A stretch of DNA of 64,000 bases from an uncultured Candidatus Saccharibacteria bacterium. GTDB taxonomy: Bacteria > Patescibacteriota > Saccharimonadia > Saccharimonadales > Saccharimonadaceae. The stretch spans positions 602 through 64,601 of the forward strand of contig CAYOLY010000002.1 of the NCBI GenBank assembly GCA_964404945.1. Direction: 5' to 3'. The position numbers were made by a program, and so were the translations under genes. The notes beneath the pieces were generated by a model. The model was not told where the DNA came from. It was given only the letters and a program-made list of their open reading frames with translations, and did no database searches. The first letter of the stretch is position 1; each line of letters opens with the position of its first letter. This document shows positions 35,136 to 44,701 of this stretch, in pieces.

Positions 35136-35759
35136 TTACTCAGTTACGCCAAGTTCAAGGCGCTTAAACTGACGAACAGTAATATTTTCACCAGTTTTTG
35201 CGATAGCTTCTTTAATAAACTGGGCCACGGTCAAGCTGTCGTCCATAATGTAGGGCTGCTCCATGAGGACTTTGTCCGAAAAAGCTTTTTTAACTTGACC
35301 ACTAATAATCTGATCTTTCATGTTTTCTGGGCCGTGGAAGTTTTCTTCAAACTCTTTCTTTTTGGCATTCAAAACGTCTTCCGGCACATCCTCGATCGTG
35401 ACATAGAGCGGAGACATCGAAGCAACCTGCATTGCGATCTTATGCGCAAGGTCCTTAAACTCGTCAGTCTTGGCGACGAAGCTAGTTTCGCAGTTCACTT
35501 CAACGATTGCACCGAGGCGACCGTCGTGGATATAAGAGTCGATAATTCCCTCGCGAGTCTCGCGGTCGCCGCGTTTCTCGGCTTTGGTCATACCTTTCTT
35601 GCGCATGGCCTCGAGAGCTTTATCAAAATCGCCTTTCGCCTCAACAAGAGCCTGCTTAGCATCGGTCAAACCAACGCCCGAGAGCTCTTTCAGCTTCTTA
35701 ATTAGCTCAATCGAAATTGCCTTAACTTCGCCGGCCTTTTCTTTTAATTCTTGGCTCAT
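35136..35759 (-). CDS. tsf: Elongation factor Ts (short form)
   Basis: IKKLKELSGVGLTDAKQAL, EVNCETSFVAK. Confidence 0.95.
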   Translation of the reverse strand: MSQELKEKAGEVKAISIELIKKLKELSGVGLTDAKQALVEAKGDFDKALEAMRKKGMTKAEKRGDRETREGIIDSYIHDGRLGAIVEVNCETSFVAKTDEFKDLAHKIAMQVASMSPLYVTIEDVPEDVLNAKKKEFEENFHGPENMKDQIISGQVKKAFSDKVLMEQPYIMDDSLTVAQFIKEAIAKTGENITVRQFKRLELGVTE

Positions 35760-35815
35760 ATTTCCTCCTTGTTTTTTGTGAGTTTGGTGACAAAAGTGAA
35801 GATTTTAAGCTTAGC

Positions 35816-36514
35816 TTAAGCTTCTTTCTTGTTTTCGCCTTCCTTAATGGCGGCGACGATGTAATCCAAAATCAACTGAACGGATTTGATTGCGTCGTCG
35901 TTTGCCGGGATGACATAGTCAATATTGGTCGGATCAACATTGGTATCAACAATGGCAAATACTGGGATTTTTAGGGTGTTAGCCTCTTTGATGGCATTCT
36001 TGTCTTGGCAAGCGTCCGCAATAACCAGCGCAGCCGGCTGTTCGGTCATGTCCTTGATGCCGCCATAGCGTTCGTTAAGCATATCAATTTCTTCCTGATA
36101 GCGTTGAACTTCAAGCTTTGAATAGCGAGCTTCCAACTCGCCAGACGCCATACGACGTTCAAGGTCTTTGAGCTTCTTAATCTGCTTATTTACGGTGTCG
36201 ACGTTGGTCAAAATACCACCAACCCAGCGCACGGTAACGTATGGCATATCGACCGACTCGGCAGCAGCCTTCGTAGTGTCCTTAAGCTGTTTCTTAGTGC
36301 CGACGAAGAGAATCTTCTTGCCACTTGCGGCAATCTTAGTGAGCTCCGGAAGAGCGGTCTCAAGAGCTTCGACAGTTTTCTCGAGATTAATAATGTGCCC
36401 CCCCTGGCGTTTGCTATGAATGTATGGCGCCATCTTTGGGTGCCAACGGCTAGTTTTGTGTCCGAAGTGCGCACCCGCTTCGAGCAACGCCTTCATATCG
36501 ACATCTACGGTCAT
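35816..36514 (-). CDS. rpsB: 30S ribosomal protein S2
   Basis: GAHFGHKTSRWHPKM, FVGTK, RWVGGILTN, PANDDAIKS. Confidence 0.97.
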   Translation of the reverse strand: MTVDVDMKALLEAGAHFGHKTSRWHPKMAPYIHSKRQGGHIINLEKTVEALETALPELTKIAASGKKILFVGTKKQLKDTTKAAAESVDMPYVTVRWVGGILTNVDTVNKQIKKLKDLERRMASGELEARYSKLEVQRYQEEIDMLNERYGGIKDMTEQPAALVIADACQDKNAIKEANTLKIPVFAIVDTNVDPTNIDYVIPANDDAIKSVQLILDYIVAAIKEGENKKEA

Positions 36515-36714
36515 GATATGGTTATCCTTTCACTTAGACCATGGGATTGATGCTAACATACATCAGGAAACCTCCCACGGCTGTTTCGTTTATATTGTTA
36601 TGCTACCATTATAGATAATCTTTGAAATATTGTCAAGCCCTGAGGCTTAGTGAAAAACATAGTGAAAATCGGGGTTTACACCGTAGGAAAAGTTTGGTAT
36701 AATTGGCAACAGTT

Positions 36715-37053
36715 ATGAGTAAAAAAGTTTCACAACCGCAAGATTATCGCTATGTTGTCTTTATGGATGAGGCGGCGAATTTTTCGTTTTTGACTCGTTC
36801 TTCGGCACAAAGCGAAGAGACTATCAAGTGGACCGATGGGCAGGAATACCCTCTAGTGAAGGTGCAGATTTCTTCGGCTTCTCACCCGTTCTTTACCGGT
36901 GAAGAGAAGATTATCGATACTGAGGGTCGCGTTGACCGCTTCAAGGCTCGTGCCGAACGGGCTGCTAAGCTTCGCGCTTCTCTTGGCAACAAGACCAAGA
37001 AGGCTGAAAAAGAGGCCGAGAAGAAAGCCGCCAAAGCTACGGCTGAGAAGTAG
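36715..37053 (+). CDS. rpmE: 50S ribosomal protein L31 type B
   Basis: [32 protein letters not shown]; ATG 36715. Confidence 0.92.
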   Translation: MSKKVSQPQDYRYVVFMDEAANFSFLTRSSAQSEETIKWTDGQEYPLVKVQISSASHPFFTGEEKIIDTEGRVDRFKARAERAAKLRASLGNKTKKAEKEAEKKAAKATAEK

Positions 37054-37060
37054 TCTTATT

Positions 37061-37092
37061 AAAAGAGGCCAGTCTTTGAACTGGTCTCTTTT
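37061..37092 (+). terminator. rpmE terminator
   Basis: AAAAGAGGCCAG-TCTTTGAA-CTGGTCTCTTTT. Confidence 0.75.
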
Positions 37093-37138
37093 TGTGCGAA
37101 AGAATAGTTGCCGGCTTTCAGTGGGTCGAACTATAAGA

Positions 37139-37166
37139 AATGGGACGGCACTATGGCCGTCCCATT
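37139..37166 (-). terminator. Hairpin downstream of the 81-aa gene
   Basis: Perfect 11-bp IR AATGGGACGGC/GCCGTCCCATT with 6-nt loop. Confidence 0.65.
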
Positions 37167-37237
37167 AGAGGTAGAGTAGGGTTCCGTTGTCCTGCGCGTG
37201 GCGTGAACAACTGCTGTCGGCTACTTACGCTGGAAGA

Positions 37238-37483
37238 TCAGCCGCCGTTGCGACGCAGCAGATCGTCCAGCGCGGAACCGCTCATGCCCTGGGCCCTCGC
37301 CTTGCTGAGCAGCTCGGTGCCGTCGCGGGCAACGATACCGGTGGTGCGGTCAGTGATCTGACCACGGAGCTGGGAGGCGCGGTAGTCGCGCGAAGCATCG
37401 ACGGAGCTGAACTGGTGTCCGCCAAAAGAAAACTGGGTGTTGCTGGGAAGGATTTCATTGTTATTAAGAAGCACTTCATACAC
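37238..37483 (-). CDS. Hypothetical 81-aa protein, GC-rich, foreign-looking
   Basis: AAAGGAAG SD before ATG; spot check 37321-37380 gives 41/60 G+C; own promoter and hairpin. Confidence 0.55.
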   Translation of the reverse strand: MYEVLLNNNEILPSNTQFSFGGHQFSSVDASRDYRASQLRGQITDRTTGIVARDGTELLSKARAQGMSGSALDDLLRRNGG

Positions 37484-37712
37484 TTCCTTTCAGTATTTTT
37501 GGCTGAGCTTTCCGCATCCTTGCGATAGGCTGCAGCTGACAACCACAGGCGGTTGCGGGGTGGAATGCACATCCTTGCGGCTTTAACACTAAAGCATCGG
37601 AATCACCTCTTTCTAAAAGTACTCATGCGGGCATTACCCGCTGCCCTTCGGCCTCGTTGGCGCGAAGTGATATATCCTTGGATGCAAAAGCAACTTTGGC
37701 TATACTGTTGGG

Positions 37713-37741
37713 ATTTTATCACAGGAAGAAGGGTGTGTCAA
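37713..37741 (-). promoter_or_regulatory. Sigma70-type promoter
   Basis: TTGACA-17 bp-TAAAAT with TGTG extension, just downstream of the cassette F tail. Confidence 0.7.
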
Positions 37742-37765
37742 ATGTAGAATGCAGCGAACAGCTAC

Positions 37766-37973
37766 CTTCATCCTCCCTTGATTACTCTATGGCTAGACAA
37801 CGGAGGGGTTGAGCCTCGTATCTTACGGTGGTTCGGCTAGTCCATATTTGGCTTGAATCGGCTTTGGAATATAAATAATAGGAGCTAGCTACGCGTGAGG
37901 AAATGACATAAGCACCATCGCTGATATATTCAAGTGCTGGCCTATAATAACTAGGTCTTCCGCTGCGGACGAA
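37766..37973 (-). other. Orphan variable C-terminal cassette F
   Basis: Frame 37973-37782 reads FVRSGRPSYYRPALEYISDGAYVISSRVASSYYLYSKADSSQIWTSRTTVRYEAQPLRCLAIE*; both anchors present; no start upstream. Confidence 0.85.
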
Positions 37974-37995
37974 AACTATTATGCTATGGCCAGAT

Positions 37996-38011
37996 TCACA
38001 GGTTGTTCGGT
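37996..38011 (-). repeat. 16-bp motif ACCGAACAACCTGTGA, copy 2
   Basis: Exact match to 11106-11121; lies between the helicase stop and cassette F. Confidence 0.7.
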
Positions 38012-38012
38012 A

Positions 38013-41000
38013 TTACGCATCTTCCGTGTTCGTCAGCAGTTTATCAACAAACGCTCTCACGTCCTTTAGAGTATTGCCCTTGTCGGCCGGGAGGAAGAGC
38101 TCTGGATTACTCACGAACTCAAGCGAGGTGAGCTGACGATAAATTACTTCGGCCAGTCGTTTGAGCTCAGCCTCGTCCGTGTCGTTGAACTCGTAAACTT
38201 TGTCGTAGACTTTGCCTTCAGCGTCCGGCGTAACGAAAAGGATATGTCCAGCGGTGACGCGATACTTCTGGTAGGTCGGCGATAAATTAAGTAATAGTTT
38301 ATAGAAGCCCAGCTGGAGACGGTATTTATAGAGCGTCGGATGGCGGTCCCACTTTTCCTTATGAAAATTGCCGGTTTTGTAATCAAAAACTTCGATTGTC
38401 TTTGCCTCGTGGTTAATTTCAATATGGTCGATTTTGCCGGTAACTGGAATGTCTCCGAGATGCAATTTTTCGCTAGAGAGGTTGACTTCAGCCTTAGCTC
38501 CCGGACGTCGGACTAACTCGCCAAACTCGCTAAGCGCCGTCTTGAGACTGTTAAGCCCTTTTTCAGCGAGTGCCAGCCGTTCGAGATCATCAAGGGCTGC
38601 TTTTGGTGCCTCGCTCTGGAAATATTCTAGAGCCTGCTGGTCCGTATAACCTTGGTTGGTGATTTTCTCAAAGACCGCGTGCAGCAAAGTCCCGTAGCAA
38701 AGCGAAAAATTCGCCGGCTCGTTCGGAGCGCGTAGAACCTTACGCTGATAAACCTTTTGCGGTCCACCATAGATAAGATCAATAAAATCAGTCAAGTCGG
38801 TCGCACTTAGGCGATAAGTTTTCATGCGCTCGCGTAATAGTTCCATCACATCTGGTTGCAGTTTCTGATAGGCCGCGATCCAGCCGAGCCGCAGAGTTGC
38901 GATTTTACCAAAATCATCGAGCTCGTTGAGATGAAGCTGGATTTCCCGACTGCCTTCCGGTAAATACGGTGAGAGCCCAATTTCCTCATCGCGGCTATTT
39001 TCCGAAAGATAACGCAGCCGTGCCAAGGTGCTACCACTAGCATTGTTCACTGCATTACTCAGCACCAAACATTGCTTAGCCCGGGTTAGCGCCACAAAGA
39101 AGAGCCGTAGCTTTTCGTCGTCAGTAATACCGGTATGCCGAATCTGAAGCAAGTTTTTTGGCAAAGTAAACCGGTTATTATTGCCGCTCGACTTTCCCCA
39201 GGAAGCATCATCGATCGAAGTCAAGAACACGTGTTTAAACTCAAGGCCCTTACTCTTATGCGCGGTCATGACCTGGATTGAATTGCTACTGTCACGATAA
39301 ATACTAATCCGATTTATCGCCGTCTCGGCTTCCTCAAAGTCATTCACAGTCGCGACTAACTCCGGCAATTTCGGGACGAAATCGTTTCGTCTAGTAAACT
39401 CGGCCTGGATGTGCGCCGAAATCGCTTGGCGCAAGCTGGCAAGGTTTTCATAAAACTCTAACAGCTCCGCCGTCGAAAGGTTACTTTCATAGAACCCGAT
39501 GATCGGCATCTTTAGCTCGCCCATGGGCTGATTCCCGAGTAAAAAGTCTAGCCAAAGTTCAAGTGGCGCCGAAAAACTTCGCTTGACGAGTTCCGCTAAT
39601 AGGTTCGCTACTTTTTTCAACTCTGATCTACCCTGCAAGTACTCAAGTGTATCCCGAGGTGCATGCGAGACGTCACTAACGGCACTAATGATAGTCTCTG
39701 CCGGCAGCTGCCAGAAATCGAACGATAGGATCTCGAGCAGCTGATGGCTTGGCTGGTGGCTCTTTGCTAGTTCCTGTACGAAGCGCGCCAACTTAATAAG
39801 CTGCTGTATTCGTGCGTCAACCAGAATATTATCCCGCTTTTCGTAAGTCACATCAATACCGCGTTCCTTTAGATAAGGCAAGATCGGAGCAATATTCTTA
39901 TGTTTAGGGGCGACGATTGCAATTTCATTTGGGTCTTCGCCATCCTTAATCAAGCTCTCAATTTGCCCTGCTAACCAATAATACTCCGCTTCGCTACCCG
40001 GGAATTCATGCCGAGAAACCTTGGCGCAAGGCTCAGCCGGGCGCATCGCCTGCAAGCTCTTGTCGATTTCGTACTTCTTTGCGAAGCTATTTTCAATCTG
40101 CTCGGCAATTTGGCGTGAGAGCCCCAAGATCTCGCTAGTACTACGATAGTTTTTGGTCAGCGTGATAATTTCGGCACCGTAGTGCTTCTGGAAATCCATC
40201 AGATTTGAGGCATTTGCCCCCTGAAACTCAAAAATCGCCTGATCGTCATCACCTACCGCCATTACGACCGGCTTTTCATAATCGGTAATCAGCTTAATCA
40301 GCTCAAACTGCGAAGCATTAGTATCCTGAAATTCGTCCAGCAAAACATACTGGAACTGTTCTTGCAAGCTCATCCGGAAGCCATCATCGGTTTTCAAGAA
40401 GTGGATCGCCTGCTCGATCATATCGTTAAAGTCAAACAAACCACTCTCTTGTAATTTTTGGGAATAACATTCCATAATATTTGCCAATGAAAGCAATTTT
40501 TTGTTCGCGATCGTATCGGCTAGACGATAAGCTTTTACGCCATCATCGGTCGTCGCTTCAAACCACTTGTCTTTCCAGGCCGAAAGCGGCTTTAACTTCG
40601 GCTTTTCCTCTACCTCAAGCTCTTTAATGATTTGATCAAGTTCACGTGCCATCAGGTTTGCAGTGCGCTCGATATTCCCTGCGATCGGTTCCGGCGAGAT
40701 ATACCTAGCTAGCACTTCAAGAATCGGGCGATAAGTACCCTCGACCGCCACCGGGAATTTGCTACGCGGGACATACGCCAACAAGATTGGCGAGGCCTCT
40801 TCACTAATCTGGGCGCTGTCGGCGATATTTTGCTCGGCAATCTTGCGTAAGTCGCTTGCGCTGAGTCGTGCTGCCTTGGCATTACCGATCGTCTCGATTA
40901 GTTCCGGGATCGCCGCGTCTTTCAGAATATCCGTAGCCGGAAGATGCCTCTGGATTTCTTTGATAATCTTATACTGAGTAGTTTCGTCGACCGGAGCGTC

Positions 41001-41315
41001 AAGCGTGCGTTCCATGGTTTCGGCGTAATTTTTATAACGCTCAAGCAGGCTAGCACCGAAAGCATGATAAGTATGGATGTTCACATCTAGTGCGTCCTTG
41101 CCAATCATAGTCCGCAAGCGGTCACGCATATTTTCAGCTCCAGCCTCGGTGAAGGTTAGACAGAGTACGTTACTGGCGTTAGCATCGGTCGCTTCCAGGA
41201 TGCGCGCCACTTTGGCCGAGAGCAGCTGAGTTTTACCTGTGCCCGGGCCGGCTAAAACTAAGAGTGGGCCTTCAAGATAATCGACAGCTTTCTGCTGTTC
41301 AGGATTAAGCGGCAT
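38013..41315 (-). CDS. UvrD/PcrA-like SF1 helicase with C-terminal PD-(D/E)XK nuclease
   Basis: AGPGTGKT, LLDEFQDTN, VGDDDQAIF, TAHKSKGLEF, FVALTRAK, then GKIDHIE..DYKTG..QLGFY. Confidence 0.9.
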   Translation of the reverse strand: MPLNPEQQKAVDYLEGPLLVLAGPGTGKTQLLSAKVARILEATDANASNVLCLTFTEAGAENMRDRLRTMIGKDALDVNIHTYHAFGASLLERYKNYAETMERTLDAPVDETTQYKIIKEIQRHLPATDILKDAAIPELIETIGNAKAARLSASDLRKIAEQNIADSAQISEEASPILLAYVPRSKFPVAVEGTYRPILEVLARYISPEPIAGNIERTANLMARELDQIIKELEVEEKPKLKPLSAWKDKWFEATTDDGVKAYRLADTIANKKLLSLANIMECYSQKLQESGLFDFNDMIEQAIHFLKTDDGFRMSLQEQFQYVLLDEFQDTNASQFELIKLITDYEKPVVMAVGDDDQAIFEFQGANASNLMDFQKHYGAEIITLTKNYRSTSEILGLSRQIAEQIENSFAKKYEIDKSLQAMRPAEPCAKVSRHEFPGSEAEYYWLAGQIESLIKDGEDPNEIAIVAPKHKNIAPILPYLKERGIDVTYEKRDNILVDARIQQLIKLARFVQELAKSHQPSHQLLEILSFDFWQLPAETIISAVSDVSHAPRDTLEYLQGRSELKKVANLLAELVKRSFSAPLELWLDFLLGNQPMGELKMPIIGFYESNLSTAELLEFYENLASLRQAISAHIQAEFTRRNDFVPKLPELVATVNDFEEAETAINRISIYRDSSNSIQVMTAHKSKGLEFKHVFLTSIDDASWGKSSGNNNRFTLPKNLLQIRHTGITDDEKLRLFFVALTRAKQCLVLSNAVNNASGSTLARLRYLSENSRDEEIGLSPYLPEGSREIQLHLNELDDFGKIATLRLGWIAAYQKLQPDVMELLRERMKTYRLSATDLTDFIDLIYGGPQKVYQRKVLRAPNEPANFSLCYGTLLHAVFEKITNQGYTDQQALEYFQSEAPKAALDDLERLALAEKGLNSLKTALSEFGELVRRPGAKAEVNLSSEKLHLGDIPVTGKIDHIEINHEAKTIEVFDYKTGNFHKEKWDRHPTLYKYRLQLGFYKLLLNLSPTYQKYRVTAGHILFVTPDAEGKVYDKVYEFNDTDEAELKRLAEVIYRQLTSLEFVSNPELFLPADKGNTLKDVRAFVDKLLTNTEDA

Positions 41316-42561
41316 TTTTCCGCTCCAAGACAACTAGGTTTTCGATGTGCGGAGTACGCGGAAAAAAGTTAAATGGTACCACAGCCAATGGATGGTAGAG
41401 TTCAAGCAACATTGCAACATCGCGCGCTTGGGTAGCTGGGTTGCAAGAGAGATAGATAACCCGTTCCGGCTGTTCTTCAAGTAACTTCTCGATCAGCTCC
41501 GGCCGACAACCAGCTCGAGGCGGGTCAAGGATAACGGTCTGGTCGGGCTGAATATACTCAAGCGCGGCTTCCGATTTTGCTAAGACCGGGTGGGCGCTGG
41601 TACCATGGCAGTTACGCTCCATTTCGCGGTAGGCCGCTTTATCGCACTCAACCAGCGTGAGCTTCTTGTCTCTAGCTACTGATAGCCCGATTGTCCCGAC
41701 CCCGGCGTACAAGTCCAACACGTTTTCACTTTGCACCCATTTGGCAATTTCGGTGAGCGCCAGCTCGTAAACTGGTAGATTAATCTGAAAAAAGCCATTT
41801 GGCGAATAAGCATACTCGTGCCCCAAGATCGTGTCTTTAAGCTGGGCAAACTGCGGATGAGGCCGACGATTCTCGAACAGCCCACCACTAACTTCGCCGG
41901 CTTGGTTGGCCCTTAGCAGGATGCTCTGGTACTTACGTGCTTCCTCGCCGCGCGCATTTAGGTCGGCAATAATCTCCTCAGCCTTAGTAAAGATTTCTGG
42001 TCGCTCGAGACTGGAGCGTCGCACGGCGAATTTGTTATGCGAGCCGCGCGCACGAAAGGCAGGGTGAATTCTTTGGTCTTCGTGGCTGTAGTATAGCGCG
42101 TATTCCATCTTATTCCGATAGTAATATTCTCGTCCATCGGTCTGAGTATCAGCAATTTCCAGCGCAAAGCTGTCTGATTCTTCACGGGTTTTTGCGCCAC
42201 CAAATTCAACGTTTTGCTGCCGAAAAACCTCGCGCACCAGCTCACGCTTCTCTACCAGCTCATAGCTGTAATCAAAAATCTGCCACGGCGAAGTCGAGAG
42301 ATAACATTCATCTTGCGGGCTGACGCGCCGTTTAGACCCTCGCTCAATTTCCGTCGCAATCGCTTCAACAAAGTTTGCCTTTTCTTTCGAGACAATCGCG
42401 CTCGTCACAACTTCGCCTGGTAATGCGTTCCAGAGAAAGATTTTCTTGCCATCCGTCAGCGCGCCCAGTGCCTGGCCGCCAGGAATGAGTTTTTCAATTT
42501 TTATGCGTTCTGTGATATATTCTGGTGACTTTTTTGCTTGTTTTGGGCTATTTTTGCTCAT
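41305..42561 (-). CDS. RlmD/TrmA-like RNA m5U methyltransferase with TRAM-like N-terminus
   Basis: ALPGEVV, YRNKME, FFQIN, VLDLYAGVGTIG, LDPPRAG, YLSCNPATQARD, FFPRTPHIE. Confidence 0.85.
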   Translation of the reverse strand: MSKNSPKQAKKSPEYITERIKIEKLIPGGQALGALTDGKKIFLWNALPGEVVTSAIVSKEKANFVEAIATEIERGSKRRVSPQDECYLSTSPWQIFDYSYELVEKRELVREVFRQQNVEFGGAKTREESDSFALEIADTQTDGREYYYRNKMEYALYYSHEDQRIHPAFRARGSHNKFAVRRSSLERPEIFTKAEEIIADLNARGEEARKYQSILLRANQAGEVSGGLFENRRPHPQFAQLKDTILGHEYAYSPNGFFQINLPVYELALTEIAKWVQSENVLDLYAGVGTIGLSVARDKKLTLVECDKAAYREMERNCHGTSAHPVLAKSEAALEYIQPDQTVILDPPRAGCRPELIEKLLEEQPERVIYLSCNPATQARDVAMLLELYHPLAVVPFNFFPRTPHIENLVVLERKNAA

Positions 42562-42592
42562 TTCCTGCCTATTTTATTCATGTGGTGATATA

Positions 42593-43882
42593 TTACTCGT
42601 AGCGAAGAGCGTCGATCGGATTCTTATGTGCGGCTTTCCAAGCTGGCGCTGTCCCAGCCAAAAGGGCAATAACCATTACGACGATAATGATCGGAATAAC
42701 GTTACCCGGCGTGAATTCAAAGAGATTGAAAGTTGGGAAAGCTTCCAGGAAACCACCTGGCGCGTGCACGGCTACATTTACGATATTGCCAATAATCATC
42801 GCGATCGCTACGCCAAAGATTGACCCCCAGAACCCTAAAGCGATGGCCTCAACCGCAAACTCGAGGAAAATCTTACCAGAAGACATACCGAGCGCCTTAT
42901 CTAGCCCAATCTCACGGGTACGTTCCTCGACCGACATTAGTAAGGTATTCACAATCCCAATTGAAGCCGCAAGCAGAGCAATCCCACCAAAGATCGTAAA
43001 TACGATCATGATTACGTCAAAGAACGTCCGGATCATCCCCATCATATCGGAGACAGTTACACCAAAGAAGCCGTTTTCTTCGAGAATAGCCTTAATTTCA
43101 TCTTCAGTATATTTACTAGTATCAAATCGCGTCTGGACAGCATAAGCCAATTCTTTCTGCTCACTTGGGTAGTTCTTCGTTCCTTCTTCGTACATCGCAT
43201 CTTCCAGTGCGCGGCTGATAATTGCACCATTTACCGCAACGACACCTTGCGCTTGCACGCCAACCACTTTAGCTTTGAATTTGATTGGCTTATTGGTGAG
43301 CGGGTCGAGAAAAACTAGGTCAACATACTTGCCAACGGCGTCTTCGTCGTCTTTAAAACCCAGGGCTTTCGGATAGCCGGCTTGCAGAGTGATCTGGTAT
43401 TCTTTAGTATCTTGCGACGGAAGCGTACCAACAGTCGTAGCGATCTTAAAATCTCCTGGTGGCATTGCTCCAACAGTGATATTATATTTCTTGCCACCGT
43501 CAGCATTTACAACATATTCGACCGGAATGTTCTTGGCAACGTAGATGTTGTCGCCGTCGATACCATCAATATTCTTAAGCTTTTCGAGCTGTTCTTCGTT
43601 CATGGCTGAGATCGTTTGGTTGGGGTTATATTCTACTGGGTCATTCGAACTCATCATGCTATTCATCATACTCATCGAGCCTGCACTGGTAATCATAATA
43701 TAATCCTCGCCGCCGAGGCTCGCCGTTTGTTCGTCAATGAAGGAATTCACGCCAGCGTTGATCGCGACGTTTAGGATAATCGTAAAACTGCCCACGAAGA
43801 TAGCAAGAATGGTCAGAAAAGTGCGCACCTTATTCCGGAAAAGATTGTGGTTCGCGGTTTTAATAATTTCAAAAAGACCCAT
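42593..43882 (-). CDS. MacB/FtsX-family ABC permease
   Basis: RNKVRTFLT, IGIVNTLLMSVEERTREIGLDKALG. Confidence 0.88.
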   Translation of the reverse strand: MGLFEIIKTANHNLFRNKVRTFLTILAIFVGSFTIILNVAINAGVNSFIDEQTASLGGEDYIMITSAGSMSMMNSMMSSNDPVEYNPNQTISAMNEEQLEKLKNIDGIDGDNIYVAKNIPVEYVVNADGGKKYNITVGAMPPGDFKIATTVGTLPSQDTKEYQITLQAGYPKALGFKDDEDAVGKYVDLVFLDPLTNKPIKFKAKVVGVQAQGVVAVNGAIISRALEDAMYEEGTKNYPSEQKELAYAVQTRFDTSKYTEDEIKAILEENGFFGVTVSDMMGMIRTFFDVIMIVFTIFGGIALLAASIGIVNTLLMSVEERTREIGLDKALGMSSGKIFLEFAVEAIALGFWGSIFGVAIAMIIGNIVNVAVHAPGGFLEAFPTFNLFEFTPGNVIPIIIVVMVIALLAGTAPAWKAAHKNPIDALRYE

Positions 43883-44664
43883 TAGGCTTTAGCTCCTTTC
43901 TTGGTAGTTTTGGTGGTTTTGGCATTCTTAGTAGTCTTGCCAGTTTTAGCAGTTTTAACATCTTTCGTGGTTTTCAGAGCTTTTGTTCCGGTATCTTCGA
44001 CAATCTTACCGTCCATGATGCGAACTTGACGGCTACAAAGCGCCGCCAGATCTTCGTCATGGGTGACGATGATTAAAGTTGTTCCCTTTTTATTAGCATC
44101 AAAGAGTAGTTTAATTACTTTGTCGCCAGTCGCCGAGTCAAGGTTACCGGTCGGCTCGTCGGCAAAAATAATGCTCGGATTGTTCACTAAGGCGCGCGCA
44201 ATACAGACACGTTGCTTTTGGCCACCAGAAAGGTCGTTGGCCTTAAATTTGATTCGTTCTTCGAGGCCAACCGTTTTGATAGCGTTCTTAGCCAGCTCTT
44301 TTCGCGCCTTGCGTTTGGTGCCAGCAATCTTTAATGGCAACATGACATTCTCAAGCACGGTGTCATTCGGATTCATGAAGAACTGTTGAAAAACGAAGCC
44401 GAAGCTGCGATTGCGTAGGCGGTTTAGCTTGCGGGCACGCAACTTGGTCGAATCGACGCCTTCGATTTTGATCGTACCAGAAGTCGGCTTGTCGAGTAAA
44501 GCTATGAGATGCATTAAAGTTGATTTGCCTGACCCAGACTTACCAATGATTGCTACCGATTCGCCCTCATAGATGTCAAGATCGAGATTTTTGAGTGCCT
44601 TGAAGGCAGCCGAACGCTTTCCGTAGACTTTGACTAAATTTTTTACCTCAATAACTTTGTTCAT
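43882..44664 (-). CDS. ABC ATP-binding protein (LolD/MacB-type)
   Basis: GKSGSGKST, LSGGQKQRV, FADEPTGNLD, VTHD; start at MNK 44664. Confidence 0.92.
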   Translation of the reverse strand: MNKVIEVKNLVKVYGKRSAAFKALKNLDLDIYEGESVAIIGKSGSGKSTLMHLIALLDKPTSGTIKIEGVDSTKLRARKLNRLRNRSFGFVFQQFFMNPNDTVLENVMLPLKIAGTKRKARKELAKNAIKTVGLEERIKFKANDLSGGQKQRVCIARALVNNPSIIFADEPTGNLDSATGDKVIKLLFDANKKGTTLIIVTHDEDLAALCSRQVRIMDGKIVEDTGTKALKTTKDVKTAKTGKTTKNAKTTKTTKKGAKA

Positions 44665-44701
44665 TTCCATATTATAGCATGCACTTTCCGTTTTTTGCAG
44701 T

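Noticed and set aside
37182-37191. TCCGTTGTC resembling the 3' anchor
   Set aside because: Only 9 nt match, with no CTAGCCATA, tail or 5' anchor.
1595-37973. Cassettes as a classical single-template DGR (TR/VR) set
   Set aside because: Lengths differ (192, 195, 198, 201 nt), differences are not confined to adenines of any one copy, and no RT or Avd is in the window. A DGR ancestry or trans-acting RT is not excluded.
37974-38015. Cassette F is in frame with the helicase, 13 codons past its TAA
   Set aside because: Plausible by chance (one frame in three, short gap); TAA read-through into a lectin tip has no functional rationale.
43885-43990. Lys/Thr-rich pseudo-repeats at the ABC ATPase C-terminus
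   Set aside because: Low-complexity tail with no exact nucleotide repeat; similar tails occur on rplS and rpmE.
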